Positions 22,701 through 31,903 of a stretch of DNA of 64,000 nt are shown here, piece by piece (the stretch's first letter is position 1; each line of letters starts with the position of its first letter). The stretch is from an uncultured delta proteobacterium. Lineage in GTDB: Bacteria > Myxococcota_A > Polyangia > Palsa-1104. Both the position numbers and the translations under genes were made by a program. The notes beneath the pieces are model-generated. The model was given only the letters and a program-made list of their open reading frames with translations. It was not told where the DNA came from and did no database searches. The stretch lies in the NCBI GenBank assembly GCA_963785725.1, contig CAWAWS010000007.1, forward strand, positions 576,001 to 640,000, in the 5' to 3' direction.

Positions 22701-22777
22701 CGCGCGCGCAGCCGTGCGCGCGCCGCGCCGACGAAAGCGGCAATCTCTACGGCAGGTTCCAGCGAGGCTCCGGGCAC
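19733..22777 (-). CDS. DUF4175-like membrane-anchored coiled-coil protein
   Basis: N-terminal TM segments, PAYTGLP, DDDYGL Ig-like region, long Q/E/K/M-rich coiled coil, terminal PTEYKEQLKRYYEEL; start uncertain (GTG 22777 chosen). Confidence 0.8.
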   Translation of the reverse strand: MPGASLEPAVEIAAFVGAARARLRARQLWWALGRGGASAVGGLVALIGGAALAPGAGWRPFALLAAGVGLGVGAVVGARGLARWRRDDAVARLIGELQPNVGDDLWSAIELGRDLPRLEAELILSPALARAQRQRAAELTRGVDLRRLLPVRRLANVWPLFVALALLVGLARVWPAGVAHGWLLLTSAEPPATTSVEPIVGDVELTLMYPAYTGLPPRVIPGSTGHVLALPGTRVTVAARALVAVERDAALALETDGQPPRELPVEVHDGHLSVSFDVTARGSWRFVLGVGAHRVREPEAHVIDLDVDRAPRVDLYAPADPLEVAGPRRVELAWSVDDDYGLGAIDLVWKIGETAEQRRTIATPPPGARAQSGKLEWDLAELDLKPGARVAYHLEAKDNDDQPRPNIGHSKTLTLVMFSPREKSERALADENALLDELVQLLGDRLEVRHDATDEALVESYTRIHSRADALLLALARAEQSAAELPKSKSASTRDGKTILGEMHARQGKLVHDEEQLLTELREKRRKSAQHAGAARPLDKGNGAHVAELERDAILLDDLLGKQRLEELLAVADEMAQARDRLKQLMSDYKKTRSEAVKKEIERELKQLERKMAELAEKAKQLSSELPDQFLNAEAMGNNDLQKRMDDLRQMLARGDVDKAMAELEKMSQSLDKMMQSMEQDLRGYRNQRFGPEEKALGEVENKISDLAEEQKRVKDETDQVRQRARAEVQRQMKDKADALTKRTRDKVAKLKRQLDALDPQAVSPYDQEELQRIRSRVADTDRALGAGDLDEARGMARQAHEGLRNMAMDLHDEEQRGFTHTPPKLKKTREQVGDDEMLAREVVDELDKAMPRPSSLMSSEDQKKLAELAKRQDQLRKHVQELGKELGKPKLGPDGKPMALPLPRDMQPGLREAGQHMERATGQLRGQAASEAVGEESQALDKLSQMKEQMQRERRPRDGSGDTRMDKEPVRIPGADEFRAPKEFRQDLLDAMKRGAPTEYKEQLKRYYEELAK

Positions 22778-23030
22778 GCCGCACAGTTTGTCACGAAATC
22801 TGTCCCAAATTCGAGTTGCAGTGACACGGCAAAGATACATACTGACTGTCGGGCGGCAGAGCTTCCGACGTACTCCCCCCAACGCCGGAGGTTTTGTCCG
22901 CCCATTTTCTTGTCTTCAGTCACACTTCCTATCCAACTCCGCATTTTTCGCTGGTTTTCTTCCCGTTTTATTCTGAATATTCTTCTCCGGCCGCCGTCGG
23001 ACCCACAGAGCGCAAGAGCGATAAACGGAC

Positions 23031-23621
23031 TTGGAGCCGGACGATAGACAGCTCGTCGACGACGCCCGCAAGGGCAACGCCGCCGCCTTTCGCGAGCTGG
23101 TCGTCAGACATCAACGTCGCGCCTATGCTGTCGCGCTCGGGATGGTTCATGACCCCGACGATGCACGTGACATCTGCCAGGACGCGTTCCTCAAGGTTCA
23201 CAAGAGCCTGGCGACGTTCGAGGGCGATTCGCAGTTCTTCACCTGGCTGTACCGGATCGTGATGAACCTGTGCATCGACCACCTGCGCAAGCGTCGCGGC
23301 CAGCAGGTCGAGTTCGACGAGACGATCGCGCAGGGCGACGCCGACGACGCCGGCGTGACGCCGCATCGAACCGGCTTCGATCCGGCGCGGGCACTTGCAG
23401 ATAAAGAGCTGCGCACACAAATCTTGGGAGCTTTGGCGAAGCTGTCGCCGTCCCACCGGGCAGTGCTGGTCATGCGCGAAGTCGATGGGCTGTCGTATCA
23501 AGAGATGTCGGAGACGATGAAGGTTTCGATCGGCACCATCATGTCGCGGCTGTTTCATGCACGAAAGAAGATGCAGGCGATGTTGATCGAGGCCCGCAAA
23601 GCTGCCACTCCGGCGGCGTGA
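23031..23621 (+). CDS. ECF RNA polymerase sigma factor
   Basis: DICQDAFLK, FFTWLYRIVMNLCIDHLR (region 2), LSYQEMS...GTIMSRLFHARKK (region 4); TTG start. Confidence 0.95.
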   Translation: MEPDDRQLVDDARKGNAAAFRELVVRHQRRAYAVALGMVHDPDDARDICQDAFLKVHKSLATFEGDSQFFTWLYRIVMNLCIDHLRKRRGQQVEFDETIAQGDADDAGVTPHRTGFDPARALADKELRTQILGALAKLSPSHRAVLVMREVDGLSYQEMSETMKVSIGTIMSRLFHARKKMQAMLIEARKAATPAA

Positions 23622-24094
23622 AGGAACTGACGATGGATAGAGAAGCGGACGCCAGAAATACGCGCTTGCAGCAATACTTCGACGGCGAATTGCCGGCCGA
23701 GGAGCGGGCGCGCGTCGAAGCGGAGCTGTCGGAAGACGACGAGCTCAAGCTGTCGGCGCTCGGCGAAGTGCGCGGGCTCGTCGCCAACACGCTCATGGCC
23801 GAGGCGGCCGACATCGATCTCTGGCCGGCGCTGCAGAAGCAGCTCGACGCCGACGCCAAGCCCAAAGCGAAGCCGCGGCGGAGCTGGGGATTGCGCGCGC
23901 ATCCGGGCAGCTGGTCGGCGGGCACGCTGGCGATGGCGGCGGCGGCGTTGCTGTTCTTGTTCCAGCCGTGGCAGACTGGCAATGCCTGTGACGTCGAATC
24001 GTTGGAGACGTCGGGCGGGGTGGCGACGGTGTTCAACTTGAATGACACGCCCCATGGGCCTACGACCGTGATCTGGACCGAGGAGCAGGACTGA
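23618..24094 (+). CDS. Putative anti-sigma factor
   Basis: LQQYFDGELPAEERARVEAEL anti-sigma N-terminus (no HxxxCxxC), one TM helix, overlaps the sigma gene stop. Confidence 0.8.
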   Translation: MKELTMDREADARNTRLQQYFDGELPAEERARVEAELSEDDELKLSALGEVRGLVANTLMAEAADIDLWPALQKQLDADAKPKAKPRRSWGLRAHPGSWSAGTLAMAAAALLFLFQPWQTGNACDVESLETSGGVATVFNLNDTPHGPTTVIWTEEQD

Positions 24095-24095
24095 T

Positions 24096-24584
24096 ATGAC
24101 GATCGGACGCTGGGCTTTCGCGGTTGCGCTGGCGCTGTCTGCTTGGGGCGGTGGCGTGGCGCGCGCGGAGTCGGCGTCGTGCGAGATCCCGATCGTCCAC
24201 GCGCTGCACAACGGCGACGACGGCAAAGAGCCCGAGGTCGACTCGCAGATCAACAAGCTGCGGCCCTATCTATTGAAGGCACCGTTTACGGCGTGGCGCG
24301 AGTTCAAGCTGCTCGAGCGGCGCGAGCTGGAAGTGGCCGAGCACGGCACGCAGTCGTTCGAGCTGCCCAACGGGCGGCAGGTGTCGCTGACGTTCATCGG
24401 CCATACGGCGGGACCGGGCGATCATCGGCTGCGCTTGAAGCTGGTGATCGAAGACAAGAGCAAGAAGTCGAAGATGGTCGATACGACGTTCGTGCTCGAC
24501 GAGGGCGGCTTCGTGCTGCAGGTCGGCCAGCGCTACGAAGGCGGCATCCTCATCCTGGCCGTGACCTGCAAGACCCACGACTGA
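24096..24584 (+). CDS. Secreted hypothetical protein
   Basis: Signal peptide (ARA-E), starts 1 nt after the anti-sigma stop, typical codon usage. Confidence 0.8.
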   Translation: MTIGRWAFAVALALSAWGGGVARAESASCEIPIVHALHNGDDGKEPEVDSQINKLRPYLLKAPFTAWREFKLLERRELEVAEHGTQSFELPNGRQVSLTFIGHTAGPGDHRLRLKLVIEDKSKKSKMVDTTFVLDEGGFVLQVGQRYEGGILILAVTCKTHD

Positions 24585-24655
24585 TTGACTTTTCCGCGCT
24601 GCGACTGCGGTTTCACGCTATGCGATCTCATTTAGCCTGCTAGACTCACGGGCCG

Positions 24656-26821
24656 ATGGATCGCCGGCTTCTCGTGTGGTTGCCGCTCGTTGCGCTGGCA
24701 CTGTTGGCCGGTTTGCCGCTCGCCGGCGAGCATGTCGTGCGCGCGATCGTGCTGCCCAAGGTGGCGGCGCGCTTGGGCCGCGCGATCATGGTCAACGACG
24801 TGCGCGTCGGCTTCGGCACGGTCGAGCTGCGCGGCTTCGTCGTCGACGGCGCGGGCGCGGCGCCGCCGCTGGTCGTGCCGGCGCTGCGCGCGAAGGTGAC
24901 GCTGGCGTCGCTGTTCGGCGGCGGCTTGCACATCGAATATGTCGAGCTCGATCGGCCGCGCGTCGACGTCGTGCGCGGCGAATCGGGCGACGACAACGTC
25001 TCCTCGATTCTCGACGAGCTGAAGAAGCACAGGCACGCCCAAGAGGGCGAGAACGGCGGCGGCGGCGGCGGCACGCGCATCGACGTCGTGCGCGTCAAGT
25101 CCGGCAACGTGCGGCTCACCGACGACACGCTGGGCTCGGCCGAGGTGCAGGCGCTCGACTGTGAGCTGCGTCCCGATGGCCCGGCGACGGTGCAGGTCAA
25201 GAACGCGAAGCTGGAGGTGGCCGGCGCGCGCGCCGCGGCCGGCGAGGCGACGATCGAGCTGACGCTGGCGCACAATCGTCCCGTCGGGCTGCCGACGATC
25301 ACCGTGGCCGACGGCTCGCTGACACCGCTGCCGGGGCTGGCGCTCACCGGCATCAAAGGCAACGTGCGGCCCGACGCTGACGGCGAGCGCGAAGTCATCG
25401 ACGTGCACGGCAGCTATGGCGGCGCGGCGATCGAGTTGTGGAACGCCAGCGGCTGGCTCAAGCCCGACACGAAAGAGGGCAAGCTCAGCCTGCGCGCCGA
25501 TCGCTTCAAGCTCTCGCAGCTCGACTCGGTCTTGCGCAACAAAGACGGCACGCCCGAGATTCTCAACGCGTCCAAGGGCGAGGTCGACGCGCACTTGGAT
25601 CTCGCCTTTCGCGACGACGCGCTGGCGTTCATCGGTGGCGCGCATCTCGGCGGCTTGACGGTCGCGTCGCCGCTGCTCGCGCCCGTTCCCGTGCCGCGGC
25701 TCGGGTTCGACGCGCGCGTCAAAGGGCGGCTCGACACCAAAGCGCGCACGCTGCATCTGGCCGAGCTGGCGGTCGACTTCCGCAACCTGCACGCGGCCAT
25801 CGCGGCCGAGGTCGAGAATGTCGGCAAGCGGCCCAAGTTCGACGCGACGCTCAAGGTGCATCCGCTGCCGTGTCAGACGGCGTTGGCGGCGTTTCCGTCG
25901 GAGCTGGTGCCCTATTTACAAGGGTTCAAGCTGACGGGCACCTTCGCCAGCGACTTGCACCTCGCGCTCGACTTGCAGGATCTCGACGTGCCGCCGGACT
26001 TGGGCGGTCAAGTCGGCATCGAAGGCTGTAAGGTCGTGCAGGCGCCGGAGTGGGTGTCGTCGGATCGGCTGCTGGCGACGTTCGAGCAGACGGTCGAGTA
26101 CGAGCCGGGCAAGTGGAGGACGTTCATCGTCGGGCCCGAGTCGCCCGATTGGGTGCCGTTCGCGGAGATCTCGCCGAACCTCATCAACTCGATCATGACG
26201 ACGGAGGACTCGGGCTTCTTCAAGCATCACGGGTTCATTCCGTCGGAGTTTCGCTCGGCGCTGCAGCAGAACCTGCAGCGCGGCTACTTCCGGCTGGGCG
26301 CGTCGTCGATCTCGATGCAGATGGTCAAGAACGTGCTGCTCTCGCGCGAGAAGACGCTGTCGCGCAAGCTGCAGGAGATGTTCTTGACCTGGTATCTCGA
26401 GCATCACCTGACGAAGGAGCGGATCATGGAGATCTACTTCAACGTCATCGAGTTCGGCCCGGGGATTTACGGCATCGGGCAGGCGTCGCGGCATTACTTC
26501 GGCAAGTCGGCCAAGGAGCTGGAGCCGCAAGAGGCGGCCTGGTTCTCGTCGATCCTGCCCAACCCGAAGCGGCGCTACGTGCAGTATTGCCACGCCAATG
26601 GCCTCCTCGATACGAAGTGGGACGCGTATACGAAGCGGATCATGCGACGCATGCACGAGCGCGGGCGCTTGACCGACGAGGAGTACGAGAAGGCGCTGGC
26701 GACGCCGCTGCATTTCTCGCGCACCGAGGCGATGCCGGAGAAAGAGTGTATGGCGTACGTCAAGCGGATTACGACGCCGTTGGCGCAGCTGGCGCAGCAA
26801 GGGCAGCTGCAAACGAAGTAG
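24656..26821 (+). CDS. Monofunctional peptidoglycan transglycosylase (GT51) with long N-terminal beta-rich (AsmA-like) region
   Basis: EDSGFFKHHG, GASSISMQMVKN, RKLQE and KERIMEIYFN motifs; no transpeptidase SxxK domain. Confidence 0.88.
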   Translation: MDRRLLVWLPLVALALLAGLPLAGEHVVRAIVLPKVAARLGRAIMVNDVRVGFGTVELRGFVVDGAGAAPPLVVPALRAKVTLASLFGGGLHIEYVELDRPRVDVVRGESGDDNVSSILDELKKHRHAQEGENGGGGGGTRIDVVRVKSGNVRLTDDTLGSAEVQALDCELRPDGPATVQVKNAKLEVAGARAAAGEATIELTLAHNRPVGLPTITVADGSLTPLPGLALTGIKGNVRPDADGEREVIDVHGSYGGAAIELWNASGWLKPDTKEGKLSLRADRFKLSQLDSVLRNKDGTPEILNASKGEVDAHLDLAFRDDALAFIGGAHLGGLTVASPLLAPVPVPRLGFDARVKGRLDTKARTLHLAELAVDFRNLHAAIAAEVENVGKRPKFDATLKVHPLPCQTALAAFPSELVPYLQGFKLTGTFASDLHLALDLQDLDVPPDLGGQVGIEGCKVVQAPEWVSSDRLLATFEQTVEYEPGKWRTFIVGPESPDWVPFAEISPNLINSIMTTEDSGFFKHHGFIPSEFRSALQQNLQRGYFRLGASSISMQMVKNVLLSREKTLSRKLQEMFLTWYLEHHLTKERIMEIYFNVIEFGPGIYGIGQASRHYFGKSAKELEPQEAAWFSSILPNPKRRYVQYCHANGLLDTKWDAYTKRIMRRMHERGRLTDEEYEKALATPLHFSRTEAMPEKECMAYVKRITTPLAQLAQQGQLQTK

Positions 26822-26823
26822 GC

Positions 26824-27312
26824 TCAGAAGCGGAAGCTGGCGTTGGCGGCGACGCCGGAGACGCCGTTGGCGCCGATCGTGGGCGCCGCGCCGAAGCCGG
26901 TCAGCTCGAGGCGACGGCCGCGCGCGACTTCGGCGCCGCCGACGATGTAGGTGGGAATGCCGGCAATGATCGCGGCGCCACCGACGAGGCCGAGCGCCAC
27001 CGAGGGCGCGAAGAGCTCGCCGCGGCGATCGCTGTAGCAGCGGTTGTCGTCGCAGCGCTGATCGAGCACGTCGAGGACGATGCCGCTGACGACGGCGGCG
27101 GCGCCGAGCCCCATCAGCAGCGCGCCGGCGACCTTCTTGGTGTGGCCGCGGCGCTCGAGATCTTTGGCGTAGCCGGGCGCGACCCACTGCGGCGGCGGCT
27201 GCAACACGGCGACGGGCGGCGGCGGCGGCGGAATGTTCACGGCTTCCTGTGCGTGAGCGGAAGCGGCGACGAAGGTGAAGGCCAAGGTCAAGCAGGTGGC
27301 GAACGAGCGCAT
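26824..27312 (-). CDS. Exported/membrane hypothetical protein
   Basis: AGGAGG RBS, signal peptide (AHA-Q), Pro-rich linker, two Gly-rich hydrophobic helices, terminal FRF. Confidence 0.8.
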   Translation of the reverse strand: MRSFATCLTLAFTFVAASAHAQEAVNIPPPPPPVAVLQPPPQWVAPGYAKDLERRGHTKKVAGALLMGLGAAAVVSGIVLDVLDQRCDDNRCYSDRRGELFAPSVALGLVGGAAIIAGIPTYIVGGAEVARGRRLELTGFGAAPTIGANGVSGVAANASFRF

Positions 27313-27443
27313 CGATGTTTCCTCCTGCTGCAAAGACGAAGCAGGCGCGGGCTTATCGCGTGATCGAAGCCACGAATTGCGATGATTTCGACGATTGTGA
27401 GGAAGCGTCAACGCTCGTTCACGAAAGCGTGAACGGCGCGGAG

Positions 27444-28241
27444 TCAGCGGCTGCGCAGCTGACGCAAGACGGCTTCGACGATCGCCGCTTCGTCGCCGCT
27501 CGTCGTGGTCGTTGCCTGCGGCGTCGTGGCGTCGGGCAGCGTGCCGGGTCCGCCGGTGCCGTTGGGGCAGGCGTTGCAGAGCGTGCAGGGGTCGGGCGCG
27601 CGCGGAATGCCGAGCTGCTTGGCCAGCGCCTGCAGCTTGTCGACTTCGCGCGGCGGCAGCGGCTTGACCGGCCCGAGCACGCGCGCGGCGTGCGTAATCT
27701 TGGCCGCGTGCTCCATCGCCTCCAGCCGATTGTAGGCTTCGTCGAGGTTGCGCCCGAGCGTGATGGCGCCGTGCCGATCCATGACGATGGCGTTCGACTG
27801 GCGCATGTAAGGCTTGAGCACGCGCGGCACTTCTTCCGTCGTCGGCGTCGAATAGGGCGCGACCAAAATGGCGCCCAAGATGAGGCACGTCTCCGACAGA
27901 ATGCACTGCGCCAGGCTGACGCCGGCCAGCGCCAGCGCCACCGTGATCGGCGGATGCGCGTGCACGACGGCGCCGACGTCCGCGCGCTCGGCGTAGGCCA
28001 GCTCGTGCATGAGGAACTCGGACGACGGCTTCTTCGTGCCGCGCAGGAGCTTGCCGTGCAAGTCGACGATGACCAGATCGTCGGGCTCGATGAAGCCTTT
28101 GTGATAGCCGGTCGGCGTCACGAGCACGCGCTCGTCGTCGAGCTTGGCGGAGACGTTGCCGTCGCCGGCCGCGATGTAGCCCTGCCGGTACATCCGGTGG
28201 CAGATTTCGGTCAACAGCTTGCGAAGCTCGGGCTCGCGCAC
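27444..28241 (-). CDS. Class II aldolase/adducin family protein with CxxCxxC and encapsulation-peptide-like tail
   Basis: DGNVS, TPTG, PSSE, HAHP and RHG motifs; start could be GTG 28241 or 28259. Confidence 0.9.
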   Translation of the reverse strand: MREPELRKLLTEICHRMYRQGYIAAGDGNVSAKLDDERVLVTPTGYHKGFIEPDDLVIVDLHGKLLRGTKKPSSEFLMHELAYAERADVGAVVHAHPPITVALALAGVSLAQCILSETCLILGAILVAPYSTPTTEEVPRVLKPYMRQSNAIVMDRHGAITLGRNLDEAYNRLEAMEHAAKITHAARVLGPVKPLPPREVDKLQALAKQLGIPRAPDPCTLCNACPNGTGGPGTLPDATTPQATTTTSGDEAAIVEAVLRQLRSR

Positions 28242-28278
28242 GACGGCGGACCTTAGCACGCGCCCGGCAACGTGGTAC

Positions 28279-28959
28279 ATGGACGCCGTGAAACCGGTGG
28301 CAAAAGAGGACGCGCAGCGAGTCATCGACGCGCTGTCGCAGCATGTGGGCGACGAGCGGCGCGAGAAGCTGGAGCGCGTCGTGGCGTCGCGCCTCGGCGG
28401 GCTCGTCGTCGTGCTCGAGCAGCTCGTCGACCCGCACAACGGCGGCGCGGCCCTGCGCAGCTGCGAGGCCAACGGCGTGCGCGAGGTCCACGTCGTCGGC
28501 TCCAGCTTCGGCTTCTCCGAGCGCGTGACGCAGGGCTGTGACAAGTGGCTCGACATCGCGCGCGACGAGACCATCGAACGCTGCGCGGCCGATCTGAAGG
28601 CGCGCGGCTTCAAGCTGTACGCGGCCGTTCCCGGCGCTGAAGTGGCGCTCGAGGCGCTCGATCCGCTGGCGCCGGCGGCGTTCCTCGTCGGCAACGAGCG
28701 CGACGGGTTGACGGCGGCGGCGCGCGCGGCCTGCGACGTCGAGTTCGCGATCCCGATGCACGGCTTTTCGCAGAGCGTGAACTTGTCGGTGGCGACGGCG
28801 CTGTGCGTGTACACGCATGCGTCGCGGCGGCGGCGCGCGTTGGGGGCGGTGGGCGACCTGGACGCGGACGAGCGGCTGCAGCTGCTCGCCGACTACTATC
28901 GGCGCGACGTGCGCGGCGCGGACGCGATCGTCGCGCGCGCCAAAGCCGCGTCGCCGTAA
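28279..28959 (+). CDS. TrmH/SpoU family RNA methyltransferase
   Basis: DPHNGGAALRSCEA, GNERDGL, IPMHGFSQSVNLSVA SPOUT motifs. Confidence 0.92.
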   Translation: MDAVKPVAKEDAQRVIDALSQHVGDERREKLERVVASRLGGLVVVLEQLVDPHNGGAALRSCEANGVREVHVVGSSFGFSERVTQGCDKWLDIARDETIERCAADLKARGFKLYAAVPGAEVALEALDPLAPAAFLVGNERDGLTAAARAACDVEFAIPMHGFSQSVNLSVATALCVYTHASRRRRALGAVGDLDADERLQLLADYYRRDVRGADAIVARAKAASP

Positions 28960-29002
28960 GGCTTCCTCGCCCGAGACGGGCGCGACGTGATAAAATACCG
29001 GG

Positions 29003-31903
29003 ATGGCCGATTCGCCGCTGCCGCCGCCCGGGCCGTCGTCGCCGTCCGACGCGGACCCGGACGCGTCGCCCGATCGCGCCGAGCTGCCCGCGGGAATCGT
29101 CGGTAGCCGCTACGAGATCCGCGAGGAATTGGGCCGCGGCGCCATGGCCGTCGTCTATCGCGCCCGCGATCGCACCGTCGACGTCGAGGTCGCGCTCAAG
29201 GTGTTGTCCATCGCCGCCAGCGATCGCAGCGGCCGCATCGCGCGGGTGCGGCGCGAGCTCAAGGCGGCCTGGAAGGTGACCCATCCCGGCGTCGTGCGGC
29301 TCTACGATCTCATCGAGCGCGACGACAAAGTGGCGATCTCGATGGAGTGGGTCGAGGGCGAGACGCTGGCGGCGCGGCTCAAGCGGGAGCCGCGGCTGGA
29401 CGCGACCGAGCTCTTGCAGCTGGCGGTCGACCTCGCCGATGCGCTCGCGGCCGCGCACGAGGCGGGCGTGATTCACCGCGATCTGAAGCCGGCGAACATC
29501 ATCTTGCGCGCGCGGACCCATCGGCCGGTCATCACCGACTTCGGCGTGTCGCGGCTGGCCAGCATCGACGAGCCGGCGGCGGTCGAGCGCGACCCGACCC
29601 GCGAGGCGCCGTCGGTGCCGGGCCGCGATCCGCGGCTGACCCAGAGCGGCACCATGATCGGCACGCCGATGTATATGGCGCCCGAGCAGCTGGCCGCGTC
29701 GGGCAACGTCGGTCCGGCGGCCGACGTCTACGCGCTCGGCCTCGTCCTGTACGAAGCGGCGACGGGCGCGCTGCCCGCGTCCGACACGGCGCGCAGCCTG
29801 CTCGAGCAGCGCCGCGACGCGCGTCCGCCGTCGGTGGCGACGCTGCGGCCCGACTTGCCGGCGGCGTTGGTGCGCGCCATCGACGACGCGCTCGAGCCGG
29901 CGCCGCTGCGCCGCATCGCCGACGGCGCGGCCTTGCGCGTGCGGCTGCGCGGACGGATGTCCGGCCGGCGCAAGCGGTGGCTGGCGGCGGCGGTCGGCGT
30001 CGCGGCGCTCGTCGCCGTCGCGGCCGGGCTCTACACGCGCGGCGCGCTGCGCAATCGGCTGCCGGCGCACGATCGGCGCGTCGCCTTCGTCGTCGACAAC
30101 TTGGGCGCGCGCGAGGACGATTGGCTGGCGGCCGTGCTCGAGCGCGCGGCGCGGCACAGCTTGAGCCGCGAGGAGCTGCGCGTGCGCGCCGTCGAGCGGT
30201 CGCAGCAGCCGAACGTCATCGTGCGGCTCGGCTTCCATCGCGACGGCGACGTGCTGCATCTCGGCGGTGACGTGCGCGCGACCGGATCCGATCGGCCGCA
30301 GCCGCTGGCGGAGATGGAAGGCGAGTCGGTGGCCAAGCTGCTCGAACGCTTACTGCCGCAGCTGCAGACGCTGCTCGTGCAGAGCCAAGCCGAGCGCCCG
30401 CCCAACGCCGCCGAAGCCAAGGAGATGCGCGAGCGCGGCGTGACGTCGTTCCACGCCTATCTCGATCAAGAGCGCGCCATCTTCGAGGCCTTCGCGTCGG
30501 TGAATACGGACATCGCGCGCGTCGAAGCGGCGACGAAAGCGGCCATCGCCGCCGAGCCGGGCTGGGCCGATCCCTACGTCTTGCAGGCGATCATCCATCG
30601 CGACAGCGAGAGCGCGCGCGACGCGTTGGCCCGCGCGCAAAAGACGCAGTCACCCGGTCGCGGCCGCGCGCTGCTCGACGCCGCCGCCGTCTTCGTGAGC
30701 GGCCGTTATCAGGACGCGATCCCGCTCTTGCAGCCGCTCAACTATGCCGACGCCGGCGACGAGATGGTGGCGTGGATGTTGGCGACGGCGCTCGTGCGGC
30801 AGCATCGCGTGGAAGAGGCGGTGGCCGTCGAGCGCGCGGCCCATGCGCGCCATCCCGACTTGCAGTTCGGCGCCGACCTCGAGAACGATCTGCGCGCGCT
30901 CGGCCGGCAGAGCGAAGTGGCCGAGGTACAGAGCCGCTGGATGCGCGTCGCGCCCGACGCCGAGCAGCCGTTGAGCGCGCAGATCACCTTCGATCTCGAG
31001 GCGCATCAGGTCGCGCGCGCGGTGGTCGACACGCGGCGGCTGCTCATCGTGCACGGCTCGGACACGCGCAAGGGGCTCTTGTGCGACGTGCTCATCGTCG
31101 CCGATCGGCTGCCCGAAGCGGCGACGGTGGCCAACGACATGGTGACGGTGCCGGGCCAAGAGGGCGCCGACGGTTGGCTGCGCGTCGGTCAGATCGCGAC
31201 GCTGCAAGGCCGGTTCGCGGCCGCGTTCGACGCCTATGCGCGCGCGGCGAAAGAGGGGCGCCCGTCGGGCGATCAAGGGCCGACGGTGTTGGCGCTGCTG
31301 GAGTCGCAGGATTTGGGCGAGCGCACCGGCGTGCCGAGCGAGGTGCAGCGCGCGCTGGCCGAGACGGTCACCTATTTTGAGGCGACGATGCGGCCCGATC
31401 AGCTGGCCTATGCGCGCTTCGAGCGGAAGGTGGCGCAGGTGGCGAGCGGCGGCGAGCAATGTCCCGACCTCACGAGCCTCTTGCGCGACGCGGCGCTGTC
31501 GCCGCCGCCGCGCGTGTGGCTGCGCACGGCCGCGGCGGGTGGCTGCGCGGCTTGTCGCGACGTCGTCGCGCGCGGCCGCGATCTGTCGGAGCAGTCGATG
31601 AGCTCTTTGTTCCAGTTCGGGCAGTGTGCGCTCGCCGAGCATGCCTGGCAGCTGGCGGCCGACGCCTTCGCCGACGTGCAGCGCGTGCGCACGCAGTCGA
31701 CCGATCTGGTCCCGACGACGGCGACGGCCTCGGCGGTCATGGCGCGCTATCAGCGCGGCCGCGCGCTCGAGGCGCTGCGGCAGCCGAAGGCGGCGCGCGC
31801 GGCGTACGGCGATTTCCTGGCGCACTGGGGCCACGCCGATCGCCGGCTGCCCGAGGTCGACGCCGCCTATCGATCGCTGGCGCGGCTCGACGCCAAGCGC
31901 TGA
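29003..31903 (+). CDS. Ser/Thr protein kinase with TM helix and TPR-like C-terminal region
   Basis: LGRGAMAVV, VALK, HRDLKPAN, TDFG, GTPMYMAPEQ and DVYALG motifs. Confidence 0.93.
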   Translation: MADSPLPPPGPSSPSDADPDASPDRAELPAGIVGSRYEIREELGRGAMAVVYRARDRTVDVEVALKVLSIAASDRSGRIARVRRELKAAWKVTHPGVVRLYDLIERDDKVAISMEWVEGETLAARLKREPRLDATELLQLAVDLADALAAAHEAGVIHRDLKPANIILRARTHRPVITDFGVSRLASIDEPAAVERDPTREAPSVPGRDPRLTQSGTMIGTPMYMAPEQLAASGNVGPAADVYALGLVLYEAATGALPASDTARSLLEQRRDARPPSVATLRPDLPAALVRAIDDALEPAPLRRIADGAALRVRLRGRMSGRRKRWLAAAVGVAALVAVAAGLYTRGALRNRLPAHDRRVAFVVDNLGAREDDWLAAVLERAARHSLSREELRVRAVERSQQPNVIVRLGFHRDGDVLHLGGDVRATGSDRPQPLAEMEGESVAKLLERLLPQLQTLLVQSQAERPPNAAEAKEMRERGVTSFHAYLDQERAIFEAFASVNTDIARVEAATKAAIAAEPGWADPYVLQAIIHRDSESARDALARAQKTQSPGRGRALLDAAAVFVSGRYQDAIPLLQPLNYADAGDEMVAWMLATALVRQHRVEEAVAVERAAHARHPDLQFGADLENDLRALGRQSEVAEVQSRWMRVAPDAEQPLSAQITFDLEAHQVARAVVDTRRLLIVHGSDTRKGLLCDVLIVADRLPEAATVANDMVTVPGQEGADGWLRVGQIATLQGRFAAAFDAYARAAKEGRPSGDQGPTVLALLESQDLGERTGVPSEVQRALAETVTYFEATMRPDQLAYARFERKVAQVASGGEQCPDLTSLLRDAALSPPPRVWLRTAAAGGCAACRDVVARGRDLSEQSMSSLFQFGQCALAEHAWQLAADAFADVQRVRTQSTDLVPTTATASAVMARYQRGRALEALRQPKAARAAYGDFLAHWGHADRRLPEVDAAYRSLARLDAKR

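Noticed and set aside
27416..27435. Intrinsic terminator (CGTTCACG-AAAG-CGTGAACG)
   Set aside because: Perfect hairpin but no U-tract on either strand, so function is unsupported.
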